From Paraspadella gotoi (lineage: Eukaryota; Animalia; Chaetognatha), in contig CM119264.1 in assembly GCA_051294375.1 (NCBI GenBank), positions 4,179,392 to 4,243,391 on the forward strand: a stretch of 64,000 bases of DNA, written 5' to 3'. The translations under genes and the position numbers were made by a program. The stretch's first letter is position 1. Every line of letters starts with the position of its first letter. Positions 25,317-39,659 of this stretch are shown piece after piece. The notes under the pieces are model-generated. The model worked only from the letters and a program-made list of their open reading frames with translations. It was not told the DNA's origin and did no database searches.

Positions 25317-25826
25317 GTTTTTAAATAAATCTAACTCGCTTTAACTATCGGACGTCGGGAGTTAAGAAGTCCTTCTGAGTCATTCTTTGAGAGAACTTTA
25401 AGCCCGAGAAATATTTACGAACGTGAATATAAATATAGCGATAAAAAGACCCCAAATTTATGAATAAATATTCATGAGATATCGGATATAAATATCGAAA
25501 AGGAAAAACTTCGGGGAAACGAAAAGTCGATAAGATTGCGAAGTAAGGGTGAACCGACTGAAGACTGAAGACTGAAGAGGGAGGAAAAAGGGAAGACAAG
25601 CTGGTGTCGAAATCCGGGGTGGTTAAATCTGGGTGGTAGAAATGGGGGTTTGTAGTGGCTCTGGGTGCCAGGAAAGTAAGAAAACATTTCATGACAAAAG
25701 ATAACAACGACGACAAATATGACGAAGACGACGACGACGACGACGAAAAGATTATGTCGATTTTCTGGGATGAATAATTCGACGACGTAAGAAAGAGATA
25801 AAGCTGACCCGGTGGACGACGACGCA

Positions 25827-25858
<32 letters not shown>

Positions 25859-26235
25859 ACGATTTCGACGACGACGACGACGACGACGACTTGACGACGC
25901 ACGAACTTTTGCTATGCGACGACGCGTGAATCTTTCTCGAGAAGATAAGGAAATTCGTGGGCGGGCGAAAATGCGGTGTGAAGTATGAGGAATTGATAAG
26001 AGAAGCAAAGAAAGAAGGTGAGTGGAGAGGGGGAGGTTGGAGAGGTGGGGAGGTTGGAAAGGGGAAGGTGGTGGGGGGGAAGTGGGAGAGGGGGTGGGAT
26101 CACACGCGAATCGATCCCCATCACATTCCAATCGTCTCTTCCAAGCTTAATTTATCAGCATCCTCATAAAAGAATGAGTCAAACACCCAAAAACAGCCGT
26201 ATAAACTCCAGCATACTCTCCCACAGCCTTAACCA

Positions 26236-26511
26236 TTAACAGTTCCCCTGACAGTTCCTTGAATTTAATTATCTTATCTTTGAAGTATTTAACAGTTCCC
26301 TTGAGAGTGTTTTGAAATTTATTTTATCTTATCTTCGAAGTATTTAACAGTTCCTTGAGAGTTCCTTAAATTTATTATATCTTAATCTTCGAAGTATTAA
26401 CAGTTCCCTTGCCAAGTTCCTTGAATTTATTGTATCTTTATCTTCCAAGTATTTTAAACAGTTCCCCTTGACAGTTTCTTGAATTTATTTATCTTTCCCT
26501 TCGGAAGTATT
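26236..26511. repeat. ~55-bp tandem repeat, about 5 copies
   Basis: AACAGTTCC at 26238, 26291, 26346, 26399, 26457. Confidence 0.92.
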
Positions 26512-26751
26512 TTTTTCGAACCACCATTTGAAATTGTCCCTACAGCATATCGGAACCTGGCTTCTAGCTGACTTTCAACACGATCGAGCTGGAGGAAGAG
26601 GAGAGATGTGAGACTCTGGATATAGGCTTTCATGCCTTCCCCCCATTTTTTTATTCTTAATGTTCTAAGAACATAGAAGAAACAATTTTTTTAACGCTTG
26701 CGCAATAAAAGAATAAAAAGAAAGGAGAGAAAAAGAAAAAGATATAGGCCT

Positions 26752-26836
<85 letters not shown>

Positions 26837-26977
26837 GCATTAAGGATTTGATGGATACAAACAGTTTCGCTTAAAAGATGTGGGATACAAATAGGGGAGG
26901 ATCGAGAGGAAAAACAAACAATGGGAAACAAAAGGAACGATTGAGAAGATGGAGTTATTAGTGGAAGCGGAAGGGAG

Positions 26978-27036
<59 letters not shown>

Positions 27037-27232
27037 AGAAGAGAGAGAAGAGAGAGAAGAGAGAGAGAAACTTCGGTCTTTTCCATTTTTTTACCATCTC
27101 TCCACTCTCCTCTCCGCACTTTAGCCGGTGTTAGATGGCGGGAAACAAATGACTAACGTGAAGTGGGATTAAGAGATGCCTTGATTAGATAAGGTTTTCT
27201 GGGAGACAGCGAGAGGAGTTCGTGCAATCATC

Positions 27233-27310
<78 letters not shown>

Positions 27311-27526
27311 AGAGTCCTTAAACAAAGAGCGAGAGAGAAAACTGGAAAAAGAGTGCGGTTTAAAACCTGAAAAACATTGAAAATGTTGAAAGTAAACAAA
27401 AGAAATTTTTGGAATAAAGAAATGGAAATGGATTGATAATTTTCTAAATCGTTTTTTCAAAAATAAGGAAATAAAAAAGAAAAGAAACGGAGAAAGAAAA
27501 AAGAAAGAAAAAAAATAAATAAAGAA

Positions 27527-27578
<52 letters not shown>

Positions 27579-27601
27579 AGAAAAGAAAGAAAGAAAGAAG
27601 A

Positions 27602-27632
<31 letters not shown>

Positions 27633-28196
27633 GTATGGTGTGTGTTTCGTTAATGCTCACTAGAAAATTCTCTCTGTCGTCTTCATAATCGGTCGTAGTC
27701 CGTTCGTCCATTGTCGACCTTCGTATCAAACCACGAGACATTTGCAAAATAATATAATCTTTTTTAAATTATGAATTGCTTCTGTTGCTTGATATAAATA
27801 TACTTCTATAACTATACTATAAGTTTTTTTAGGAACATTATAAAATTTTCTATTTAACGTTCTCGTTCAAAAAAAAAAAAAAAGATGGGGAAAAAGAAAA
27901 CAAGGATTTTTTCTTTATTTTTCGAGACTCCGGCGCGTCTTCGAGCTCAACGGTGCATTACGAAAGAAGACGACTGACGACGACGACGAACGACAATGAC
28001 GACGACGAAGCCAACGGCAAACGAACGACGACGGCGAAATTCTAAAAAGAAAAAAAATGTCGCCTTAGGGATCAAAATGAAGCGGAAGATGTTCTCAGCC
28101 GCGGCTTAACGTGAACTAATCAAAAAAGGAGGGGGAGAAGAGAGAGGAAGAGAGAGAGAGAGAGAGAAGAGAAGAGGAGGAGAGAGAGAGACGGAG

Positions 28197-28234
<38 letters not shown>

Positions 28235-28891
28235 AAAAAGCAAAAAAGGATGGCAATAGGAAGGAAATAACTGAAAGGTAAGGTTGTAGTGAAATGAACT
28301 TTGGGAATTCAGCTAAAGGTAGTGATAGGCGGATGAAAAAAAAAACCTAGTGTAATTGAAATGAATACGGAATTATAATTAGAATAAATGTTTTTTATGA
28401 AGAGAATAGATGTATGGACGCATATATTGCAAGAAGATAGATAGAGAGACACAGTGTACCAATAGATTACAATTCAAAAACCGTTGTTGAAATCAAGAAG
28501 AAAAAGACGAGGCATCATAATGCGCGCTTTCCGCTCCTCCACTCATTCTACACAAACCACTGGCACCATTCCCACTTTCGCTCCATACATCACCCAAAGG
28601 CCTCGCTACCCCCCCCCAGCCTTTAAATTACTGCAATCATAGTTGAATATTTTATACCCCACAAGAGTTTCAATGTTTTCAATCTCTCCCTAATCTCCCT
28701 ATCCGTATCTATCCAATTTTATCCGTATCCTATCCTCAGCAGTCCGATTTCCCTCCGAGCCCGCTTCCACCTCACCCTCAGCCCCCATCACATCCGCCTT
28801 CCTGCGTTCCTTCGAATTAATCTCCGCTGATGCCGACTTTAAAAGAAATTAAATCGTGTGGGAGAGACATCCCTCCCATCCGAAGGGAGAC

Positions 28892-28983
<92 letters not shown>

Positions 28984-30703
28984 AGAGAGGAGAGAGAAGA
29001 GAGAGAGGAGAGAGAGAAGAGAAAAATCAGTTTCTTTGAGCTGAAAGATCGCAGTTGTGTCGCTAAAAAAGGTTGAATTTGCTCGAAAGGACGAGATGTA
29101 AATACAATAAATGACAACAAGAAGAGAAACAACAACATAAGCCTACAAAACCAACTCTAACGGGGGGGGCATCTTTATTATTATTTATATTGTTGAACCT
29201 TATGGTTAGTGGTAGAAATGCTCCGCATTGTTCTTGCTATTGCCAGTTTAAACTTGATAAATTTGTTATGAATTAATATAACAACAAACAAATAAGAAAC
29301 AACAACAATAACTAATAACTCACAACTAATAATTATGAGGTTTTTAAAAATCACAATGAAAAATATATTTATTAGGATGATCGCCAAATGATGATGATGA
29401 TGAATGATGATGATGATGAATGATGATGAGATAGGATGATGAAAAACCGAATCACAACAATAAAATTAAAACCGATCACAGAATACAGACGACGAAACGA
29501 CGACGACGACAACTACGACCACGTTCTGCAAAAAAAAAGGAAGAAAAGTGAAACTAGGGAGAGAAAGAAAAACAGCTGATCGGAGACAATGTGGCAAAGG
29601 AGCAGGAGGAGGAGAGGGAGGAGGAGAAGGAGGAGGTAAAGAAGAGAGAAAGGGGAAGGAGGATGAAGGGAAGACTAGTCGACGATTGTCCTCAATGGGA
29701 AATGCAAACAGTCCTCTCTCTCTCTCTCTCTCTCTCATCTCTCTCGTCTCGTCTCTCCTCTTCTCCTCTCTCTCTACTCTTCGAGATCTCTCCTCTGAGT
29801 TCAGTTCACGATTCCTTCACACGCCCGTCTCACGTGAGTGAAGATCCTTAGCGCGTGCGGGCGTGCGAAATGAATGGAAAAAGGTCGAGCGGCGAGAAGT
29901 GAACCCCACGTGAACGGATCACGTCATCGATAGCATCGTTTCTCACTGTGAACTCAGGGAGCGACGAACAAAAACGATCCTGATTCTCTCCTCCCGATTT
30001 CTCGCTCTCCGAAAAATAAGAAAGAAAAAAGAAAGAAGAAGCGAGAACAATGAAAGAAAGAAAAAAAGAGAAAGAAAAAAGCGTTGGCACTTTCAAATTC
30101 CATTTTTCAAAAAAAGAGAGAAAAAAAATCCCAGACAATAGACCATTACTCATTCCTGGTAGAGGCGGTGAATGGGAGGAGGAAGAGCGGGGAAGAAAGA
30201 AGAGGAAAAAAATCTCGAGTCTCCAAACTCACGAAAAAACATCCAATTCGGTCGATGCCATTTTCACGACTGGCAGTGCCATTTAGACTCGTAAGTCGTA
30301 ACGACTGGCATTGCTTTTTAGCCTGCCGCGAATGGCAGCGACATTATGACTCCAACAAGTGGCATGACCATTTTTCCGTCTTTTGTTCAAGTACATAGAG
30401 TTGTACTCAATGGCAGAGCTATTTTATTCCACAGCTGGGATTGCCGTTCTTCTTAAACGACTATTAATATCACTCGCTTGGCAATTTTCTTTCCCTCACT
30501 GGCAATGGTGGTTTTTACCACCAACTGAGAATGCCATTTCGGATCAACGACTGGCATTGTCATTTTCTCTGGTTGACTTTCGATGCAATTTGCAACAGAA
30601 CGACTGAAAAAGGCATAGTCTGAGCGAAATAATTTTGGTAATAACTGGTGATACTCATGCAGTAATGTAATAGTGAAACATTTATTAATATAATGTAATA
30701 TAC

Positions 30704-30835
<132 letters not shown>

Positions 30836-32982
30836 ATCCGCAGTTAAATTGTGATGAGATCGGATTTAATATTCAAAACCAGATTCTTTTCAAGCGTAAA
30901 AAAAAATTAAAGATGATTTCTTTTCTAAAATCAGTTATTTCATCCTGAAAATATTAATGGCGAAACTCGTTTAGATGTCTACAAACATCTACAATCCTTT
31001 TCAAAACCACAGATGTTTCATCTGCGGTCGATTCCATTTATAGCTCAAACGGATCCAACAGTCGCGACCCCATATCTCCCAAAATACGAGGGAATAAAGG
31101 AGTCGGAAAAAGAAGAGAGAGAGAGAGANNNNNNNNNNNNNNNNNNNNNNNNNNNNNNNNNNNNNNNNNNNNNNNNNNNNNNNNNNNNNNNNNNNNNNNN
31201 NNNNNNNNNNNNNNNNNNNNNNNNNNNNNNNNNNNNNNNNNNNNNNNNNNNNNNNNNNNNNNNNNNNNNNNNNNNNNNNNNNNNNNNNNNNNNNNNNNNN
31301 NNNNNNNNNNNNNNNNNNNNNNNNNNNNNNNNNNNNNNNNNNNNNNNNNNNNNNNNNNNNNNNNNNNNNNNNNNNNNNNNNNNNNNNNNNNNNNNNNNNN
31401 NNNNNNNNNNNNNNNNNNNNNNNNNNNNNNNNNNNNNNNNNNNNNNNNNNNNNNNNNNNNNNNNNNNNNNNNNNNNNNNNNNNNNNTTGGACTACACCCT
31501 TTTTCCCTCTCTGCTTTCTTCTCTCTCACCCTTTCTGCTCTAATAAACTTTTTTACTTTATATCATTAAAGATTAAAATTATTATTATTTTATTATCACT
31601 AGTTTTTCTCCTTTTCTGCTCTCATCCAATGAACGAGGTGCGAACATATCTTTTCCAATTTTGTCTCCTCGACTTTCTTTTCTCGTTCATCATTTCTGCT
31701 CTTTTGTCTCTCCCTCACTTTTTCCCCTCAATTCTTCAACCACTTCTCCTCTCCCATNNNNNNNNNNNNNNNNNNNNNNNNNGGAGGGGGGGCGGCCTAG
31801 GAGATGAGTGAATGGAGGAAAAGGAGGAACTTGTCCCGGCATCGTTTCCAGTTCAGAAAATGGCGGTCGGGGATAAGATGATGACGAGCTGAGAACGCGG
31901 AGGGGAAAAGAATAGAGGGAGAGGTTAGAGACTCGAGCTTGTTAGGGCGGAAGGGAATTCAAAACATGGGGCGAGGAGGGAGGGAGAAGAAGAGATGGGG
32001 AGACGGTTAGGAGAGAGTTAGGGGAAGGAGAAATTAAAACATGGGAGGAGGAGGAGAGGAGCAAGGAGAGAGGGGATGAGGGTTCTACGCAGAGATGTAG
32101 TTAGAAGGGTAAGGAGATAAAAAACATGGGAGAGGGAGACAGTGGTGGCGTTTGATAGAAATTGTAGGGGAAAATGTGATGTGGTGATGAGACAAAATTG
32201 AGCAGAAATGCGCTGCGCTATGAACGACGAAAAGACAAGTCGAGGAGACTTAAAATTAGGAGATAAAGATATGTTTTGCACCTCGATTCATTAGCGGATG
32301 CAGGAACAGTAAAGGCTACGACACCTATGTGATAATTATAATTAATATATATTTAATTTTTAATCTTCTATGGATTGCACTATAAGTAAAAAAAGTTTAT
32401 TAGAGCAGAAGAAGGGTAGAGAGAGAAGAACAGCATGAGATGGCGAAAAAGGGATGTTGTGATTATGCTTGCCTACCATGTGTGTTCTGACTGAATTATC
32501 CTATGTCCTTCCCTTCGATCCCCCTATCCTCCTGTGCATCTGCAATTGCTTCTCTTATCTCTCTCTCTCTCTCTCTCACTCATCTCCTCCCTGTCTTCTG
32601 TGTTCGATCGTATTATTCCATCGATTAGTTTTGGGAGAGTATGGCCCGCTCGGTTCTCGCGACTGTGTTTTGGCACTTTCAGTTTTGAGCTTTAATAAGT
32701 GGAATCGACCGCAGATGTAACATTCTGTGGTTATTTGAAAAGGATTGTAGATGTTGTAGGACTCCTTAAAACGAGTTTCAAGCCATAATATTTTCAGGAT
32801 GAAATAACTTGATTTTAGAAAGAAATCTTTTAATTTTTTTTTTTTTACGTTGAATAAGGTGAAAGCTCTGTATGGGGCTTACTTGACTTATTACCTTAAT
32901 AGTCCGGATTCTCATCGACTAATTTTAACTGCGGATTTGAATTCTCTCTCTCTCTCTCTCTTTCTCTTCTCTTCTTCTCTGA

Positions 32983-33705
32983 GAGATTCCTTGGAGGGGA
33001 TTTCTCAGTTTCTCAGTGAGAAAATTGTTTGGCAGTGGCTATAATCTTGACTTAATATTAAAATCCATTTCAACTTTATCAAAAGGGATAAGAAGAATAG
33101 AATAAGTAACTTTATTAGTACTTCAATATCCATATAATTCATTGAAAAGAATGCCTGGTTGCATAGTCAGCTATGATCAGGTAACCAAAATGCCAGCAGC
33201 GGCCTAGTAGAGGCTGTGTATCGTCATCCCCTTCTTTCAGCTCGAGCAGGTATCTCTCCTTTAGTTAAGTCAGCTACGATACCGGAGATTGGAGCATACA
33301 GAATCCTCGATGATTTCTTTCGTCCTCTCAACTCAGCATCAAGTCAGTGCAGAGCGAAGGGACGCTCTCGAGCACAGCTCAAGCTTAAATAAAATGCTTA
33401 AAATTATTATACCCTTATTCACAATATATTTCACAAATATCATTTAATACCTGGCTCATGGTCTCAGGAGGATCGTCTCCGTAGAATTAGAATTTACGTT
33501 CTTCCTCTTTTGCTTTCATACCAAGGATCTACAATTCATTACAAGCCGATGAGAGGAGAATTCCACATTTTAAGAAATAAAGTTCCAAAACATCTACTAG
33601 GTTATTATTAACAGATGAGGAGCCAGTGATATTCAAATTCATGGCTATAAAATTCAACAAATTAGAGAAATTAAACAGGACTTATGGAAGTTCATTGAAC
33701 CTTAA
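32983..33705 (+). pseudogene. Degenerate non-LTR retrotransposon (LINE-like) reverse transcriptase/thumb fragment
   Basis: In order across about 4 frameshifts and one stop: IPWRGFL (post-RT3), KGIRR..LL.FNIHI/NSL (RT4-like, 33082-33143), IVSYDQV (YADD position, 33163-33183), AGISPLVKS (RT6-like), TIPEIGAYRILDDFF (YKYLG position, 33276-33320), SQEDRLRRIRIYVLPLLLSY and LRNKVPKHLLG..DIQIHGYKIQQIREIK (thumb-like). Each motif is weak; the order is the main evidence. Confidence 0.5.
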
Positions 33706-34659
33706 CTTTAACTCATTATATTTGAACATCTAAGAAAATAAAATGGTCAGGCTCAAATTCAGATAAAAAATCTTTAAACTCTTTAACATCTTCTCTTCTC
33801 TCTCTCATCTCTTCTCTCTCTCTTCTCTCTCATTTTTCTCGATTTCACGGACTGGTTCAAGTGAGTTCACAAACCGGCACATCGTGAAATCGAAGGAAAA
33901 GAGAGGTAAAAAGTTTCTTTCTTCCTCTTTCGCTGCATTCTTTCTCGCGGACACCTTTTTTCGTTAAAGCTCAATTTTTTAGTCTCTTTCCCTTCATTTT
34001 GCTCCCGTTATTTTGAGGTCGTTCGGATGGCGTTCTCTCTCTCTCTCTCTCTCTTTCTTTCTCTTCTCTTCTCTCTCTCTCTCTCTCTGTCTCGTTGTAT
34101 AATTAATTTTATTAATAAAGTGTTCACTATTACTTACTGGCATTGGTTCACCTTCAGTTATTACCAACAATTATTTCGCTTCAGGGGAACTATTGGCCTT
34201 TCTTTCAGTGTCTCTGTTGCAAATGCTGCATTCGAAAAGTCAACCAAGAGACAACTGGACAGTATCCAGGTCGTTGATTCCGTAATGGCATTGTCTCAGA
34301 TTTTTGGTTTGTTAATAAATCACCGACCTTGCCAGTGGGGGATCAGATAATGATTTTGCCAAGCGAAAACTAAATAAAAACTCTGGTGGTGAGTGATACT
34401 CTCAATAGTTCGTTTAATCAGAACAGGGCAATTCAGCTTGAACTCTCTCTCTTTTTAACGCCCCACCCTTCCACCATCCTTTCCCCCTTCCTTACCCCAT
34501 GATTGTCAAGAGAACGGTTTTTTTTGTTCTAGAAGGAGACTCTCGACGAACTCAGCTCTTTGTTCACTTGTTAGTTCGCTCGTTCGCTCGTTCGCTTCTT
34601 GTTCGCTTCTTTCTAAAAAAACGAGACAAGACGAGACAAAACAAGAAAAGAAAGAAAAA

Positions 34660-34750
34660 GAAAAGAAAAGAAAAGAAAAGAAAAGAAAAGAAAAGAAAAG
34701 AAAAGAAAAGAAAAGAAAAGAAAAGAAAAGAAAAGAAAAGAAAAGAAAAG
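34660..34750. repeat. (AAAAG)n microsatellite
   Basis: Perfect pentamer run. Confidence 0.97.
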
Positions 34751-37700
34751 AGAAGAGAGTGTAGCTAAGCTCGGCTCAAACGCGGTGTGTGACTGGGCTC
34801 TCCGCCCAAAGATCCTTAAGGCGACTGGAATAGTGTAAAGAATGGGACAGGAGTTGAAGACGACGATGACGACGACGACGACGAGTCAGAGGAAAAGCCG
34901 AGAAAATCCTTCCACCCACGCCAGAGCGAGATTAGGGAGACGAGCGGACGAAGGACACGCCCACTTTTCCGGGTGAGGGTGGAAAAAAAAAGGGCGAGCA
35001 AGCAAATGGGGGTGAAAGCAGCGGGCAAGCAATGCCCCAAGCACGGAGGAATTGAAGCGAGAAAAATTATCGTTAAAAAAGAAAAGAATTGTTGACATTC
35101 GACATCGGAAAAAAAAACTTTATTGCGATTGAGTTACATACGGGATAACGGATGTAATTGAAATATAAACGTTCCTTAGTTATTTCTTCATCTTTTCTCG
35201 ACTCATCACGAATTCTTTGTCCGAGGAATCGTCGTTCGGCCAACGACCGAGAGAAGAGAACATTTTCGGAATACAATTCCCCAACCAATTTTGGAGAAAG
35301 TCACAGTTCTTTCGACTGAACCCGCGGTCTTTGTGATGCGCTCACGCTCTGTGAGACCAGTTGCTCTAAAAACTGACCTCAATGCGATAGTCTCGGTCTT
35401 TGTGAGTCGTCACTCACTTTGGAATGGCGAGAAAACGTAGTCACGGAAAACTTTAATGAAAAACATTCACCGATCACGATTAAAATCAATATCTTCGTTT
35501 TCATCAGTCGATAACATCTCACAGTATCGCACGATCACATAATCAGAGAATCACTCGAGTCTCTCTCTTCCTCTTGAGTCTTCACCATCAAAAAATCTCT
35601 TTGTCTCTTCCTCTTCCGTCGCTCGGTGTCCCTGATAGTGAGGACGAAATCCCGCTAAGGCCGCGGAATCCCTCACAAAATACAGTCGTGATATCCATGG
35701 TTTTATTACAAGATATGTGGCAGTGATACCAGAGAGAGAGAGANNNNNNNNNNNNNNNNNNNNNNNNNNNNNNNNNNNNNNNNNNNNNNNNNNNNNNNNN
35801 NNNNNNNNNNNNNNNNNNNNNNNNNNNNNNNNNNNNNNNNNNNNNNNNNNNNNNNNNNNNNNNNNNNNNNNNNNNNNNNNNNNNNNNNNNNNNNNNNNNN
35901 NNNNNNNNNNNNNNNNNNNNNNNNNNNNNNNNNNNNNNNNNNNNNNNNNNNNNNNNNNNNNNNNNNNNNNNNNNTAAATACTATTTAAATACTATTTTTT
36001 TGATAATAAGGACAAGGGATAATTTCTGCTAGACGTTAAAGGTAACAAAATGCAAAAAAACCAGAAAAAGGATAAGCACTAAGAGACAACACAGAGATAG
36101 CTCTCACCATCCCTCTCTCTTTCTCTATATCCCTAACTGCTAACACTCTCTCTTTTTCTCACTCTCCCTCCCTAACTCCCTCACTCTCTCCCTCTGATTC
36201 TCCCTCTCTCCCTCCCTCTCTCCTCTCCCTTCCCTCCTTCGTCGGGAGATAAAATTTATTCTGGAATCGAATTTTCTCGCAATAGGCCCGAGGTCGATCC
36301 CGCGACAAAGTCCTTCCTATAAATTAGATTAAAAACGAGGATTAGAACTGAAATCGACTCTTCGTCACTACATTTTCGGGAAACAAAAATCCGTTCTTAT
36401 AAGAAAAGAAAAGATCGGATGGAAACGAAAATACAATGAAGAGAGCGGTTGTCTTTTCGTTATGTAATCATTGTTGTCGACGTTGTAATTAAAGTGGTGT
36501 TATCGTTGTTCAATTGCGACAGACGAAACTAAAACATATTGTACGTATTGTTATTATTTGGTTAAATCATTCAATGAATACATAATATAGAAGTAGAAGA
36601 AAAGAGAAGTAAATTCAATAAATATATAAGTAGGGGATATAATTGGGGGGTTTTTTTCACAATATTTTTAATAATTCCTTATGCGAGAAAAGGTTTTTTC
36701 TTGAGCGAAAAGACAATCCTGCGGAGTCACAGAGGTCACCAATGAAGAGGGCGAATGACTCTCTCTCTCTCTCTCTCTCTCTCTCNNNNNNNNNNNNNNN
36801 NNNNNNNNNNNNNNNNNNNNNNNNNNNNNNNNNNNNNNNNNNNNNNNNNNNNNNNNNNNNNNNNNNNNNNNNNNNNNNNNNNNNNNNNNNNNNNNNNNNN
36901 NNNNNNNNNNNNNNNNNNNNNNNNNNNNNNNNNNNNNNNNNNNNNNNNNNNNNNNNNNNNNNNNNNNNNNNNNCTTTTCTCCGTTCACTCAACTTACCAT
37001 CCACTTACCCTTCCGTTCTGACTCACCCCTTGTTTCTCGCCCTCCATCCCGACCTTCAAAATCTTCGCCGCCGCCGGGTTAACTTTCCTTTTACTTTCAG
37101 CTGCGCCGCGAGTATTTGAGAAGAAACTCTATGAGTCACTTTTCGGTCGTTCGGTTTGTCTGGCTCTCTGCACATCACTTATCTCGTAATATTGAGTTAT
37201 TTTATTCATATTTAACAAATATCGGCTTTATTATAAAACCTTTATTTAGTATCTTTTTAATAATTGTATCATCATATAAAATGGGAAATGCATTTATATG
37301 ATAATTGAACCAATGATCGTGTAATACTTGTCATACAGGCTAATACGTACCAGGCAGAATAAATAGTGTGTGAGATTTGATATCAAAATATTTTATATTT
37401 GTATAGTTACGTTATAAAAAAAGTTAATGAGACGTACTAACACCTTGGAATTCCCGTTCCTTGTTTACTTTGGCTTCAAATTCAGTTTCAACTTTCATTA
37501 TTATTCTTCTTTCTTTCAAATTCTCTCTTGAAAGACAAAGATAAAAAATGAAAATATAAAAGGAACTCATCCCGTTTTATTTTTTTTTCTTTAGAAACAA
37601 AAGCGAAACAAAATGTAAANNNNNNNNNNNNNNNNNNNNNNNNNNNNNNNNNNNNNNNNNNNNNNNNNNNNNNNNNNNNNNNNNNNNNNNNNNNNNNNNN

Positions 37701-39659
37701 NNNNNNNNNNNNNNNNNNNNNNNNNNNNNNNNNNNNNNNNNNNNNNNNNNNNNNNNNNNNNNNNNNNNNNNNNNNNNNNNNNNNNNNNNNNNNNNNNNNN
37801 NNNNNNNNNNNNNNNNNNNNNNNNNNNNNNNNNNNNNNNNNNNNNNNNNNNNNNNNNNNNNNTCTCTCTCTCTCTCTCACTTTGACCCTTTTCACCAGAG
37901 AGAAAAATCACGTAATGTCAGAATCAATGAGTAAACAATTTGTAACGTAAACTTTGCTCTGATATTTTAAAACGTTTTAAATTTGAATTGAAAGAAATAT
38001 AAAAGTTGTGGGAAAAGAAAACTATAAAAACGTATCGAAAAAAGAGTTAGCCATCCACGTTTTTTAAAATGTTCTGTCTTTTTAATTGACGCGTAATAAG
38101 ATTTAGTATTTTTGTTGTTTTATTCTACTGCGTTTCTGTTTTCTCAAGTATATACGTATATCTTTTTAGTAGCATGGTCTAATTTCGAATCTTAATTCGT
38201 AACATTTCTAACTATTTAAAATTTTTATTTCTATTTTTTTTTTCATTAACACGAGAAAATAAAACTGATTTTAAACCTTTTTTGAACAAACTAACGCGAT
38301 GAATGACAGACAAGGAAACACACAGAGGAGCTTTGTAAGTCTAGAAAAAACATAAACGTAAAAAATAGACGACATAAATTTATTTTCAAAAATGAAAGAA
38401 AAACAAAAGAGAAAAATATAAAATGAAAGGAAAATTGAAGAAGATGTCCCGAATTTGAAAGGAGAAGGAAAACTGTTAGAGAGAGAGGNNNNNNNNNNNN
38501 NNNNNNNNNNNNNNNNNNNNNNNNNNNNNNNNNNNNNNNNNNNNNNNNNNNNNNNNNNNNNNNNNNNNNNNNNNNNNNNNNNNNNNNNNNNNNNNNNNNN
38601 NNNNNNNNNNNNNNNNNNNNNNNNNNNNNNNNNNNNNNNNNNNNNNNNNNNNNNNNNNNNNNNNNNNNNNNNNAAAGAATGATTCAAAGAAAGTCATTGA
38701 GGACCCAAGAAAAGAAGCCACACCCTGATGAATGAAAGGAAACCCAAAGTATGATTTAAGTCATTGAGGAAAACTCAACCGAAAATGGAAATACAAAATG
38801 GATGCCCGAAAGGGAGACCCAAAAAATAAAGGGCCTAAAATGGAAAAGCAAAATTCCACTGGGACGAGAAAGGATGATAAAAAAAAAGTTACGTCGAGAG
38901 AAAACAAAAAAAATTCGGCGCAAAATGTCAAATCGTCCAGAACAAATTTTATCGAGGAAAAAAAAATATAGAAGGAAACAGAGATAAAATTTTACTCAAA
39001 CCAAAAAACGAAAGAAAATAAGAAAATAGTTAAAAATAAAAAGTATCGAATTTTGCGGAGAGTATTTAAAAAAAAATGGAGAAACGGAGTAACGAAAAGT
39101 TAAGCGGTTTTCTGTTGTTAAGTTTTTAAAAATATATTTTTAAAAACTGTAATTTTCGTCGTTTTATCTCGTGAACGTTTTAAGAAATTGAAATCGAAGA
39201 AAAAGCATCTTTTGGATTCAGTTGNNNNNNNNNNNNNNNNNNNNNNNNNGAGGCATTCTCTCTCTCTGCTCTCTTTCTCTCTGCCTCGGTCTCTCTCGTG
39301 CTCTCTCTCTCCGTCGTCTCTCTCTCTCTCCCAGGTCATCTCATGCTGCTTATCTCTCTCTCTCTCCAAAATTGTGTAAAATTAACTGATTTTCGTTCCA
39401 TTCGATGGTTCTTAAACCCTATATTGAGGCCTAACCCGAAGTGTACTTTAACGTTTAATGTTTCAAGTTTGATTTTAACTATTTGATTTACGCCCGAACT
39501 GAATTTAACGGTCAGTTTGGAGTAAGCGTTTCTGGCCTCCTTAACTGCTGTCAAGGATATTCAACCAAAATTTGGGAAAACGCTTTTTTCTAATTAAGAA
39601 TACGAATTGTTAGTAATTGAATTCCAGAGTTTGATTTTCTTTTTTTTTACGTGTTTGTT

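Noticed and set aside
33181-33203. AAATGCCAGCAGCGG resembling the SSU/12S rRNA conserved motif (NUMT)
   Set aside because: Short imperfect match with no other rRNA motifs; the region reads as protein coding.
33700-33745. TAAGAAAA after the stop, resembling a mononegavirus gene-end signal (endogenous viral element)
   Set aside because: The motif is common in AT-rich DNA and the ordered RT-like motifs fit better. Not fully excluded without a search.
35628-35650. CTGATAGTGAGGACGAAAT resembling a canonical hammerhead
   Set aside because: Lacks CUGANGA and a stem II in the right position.
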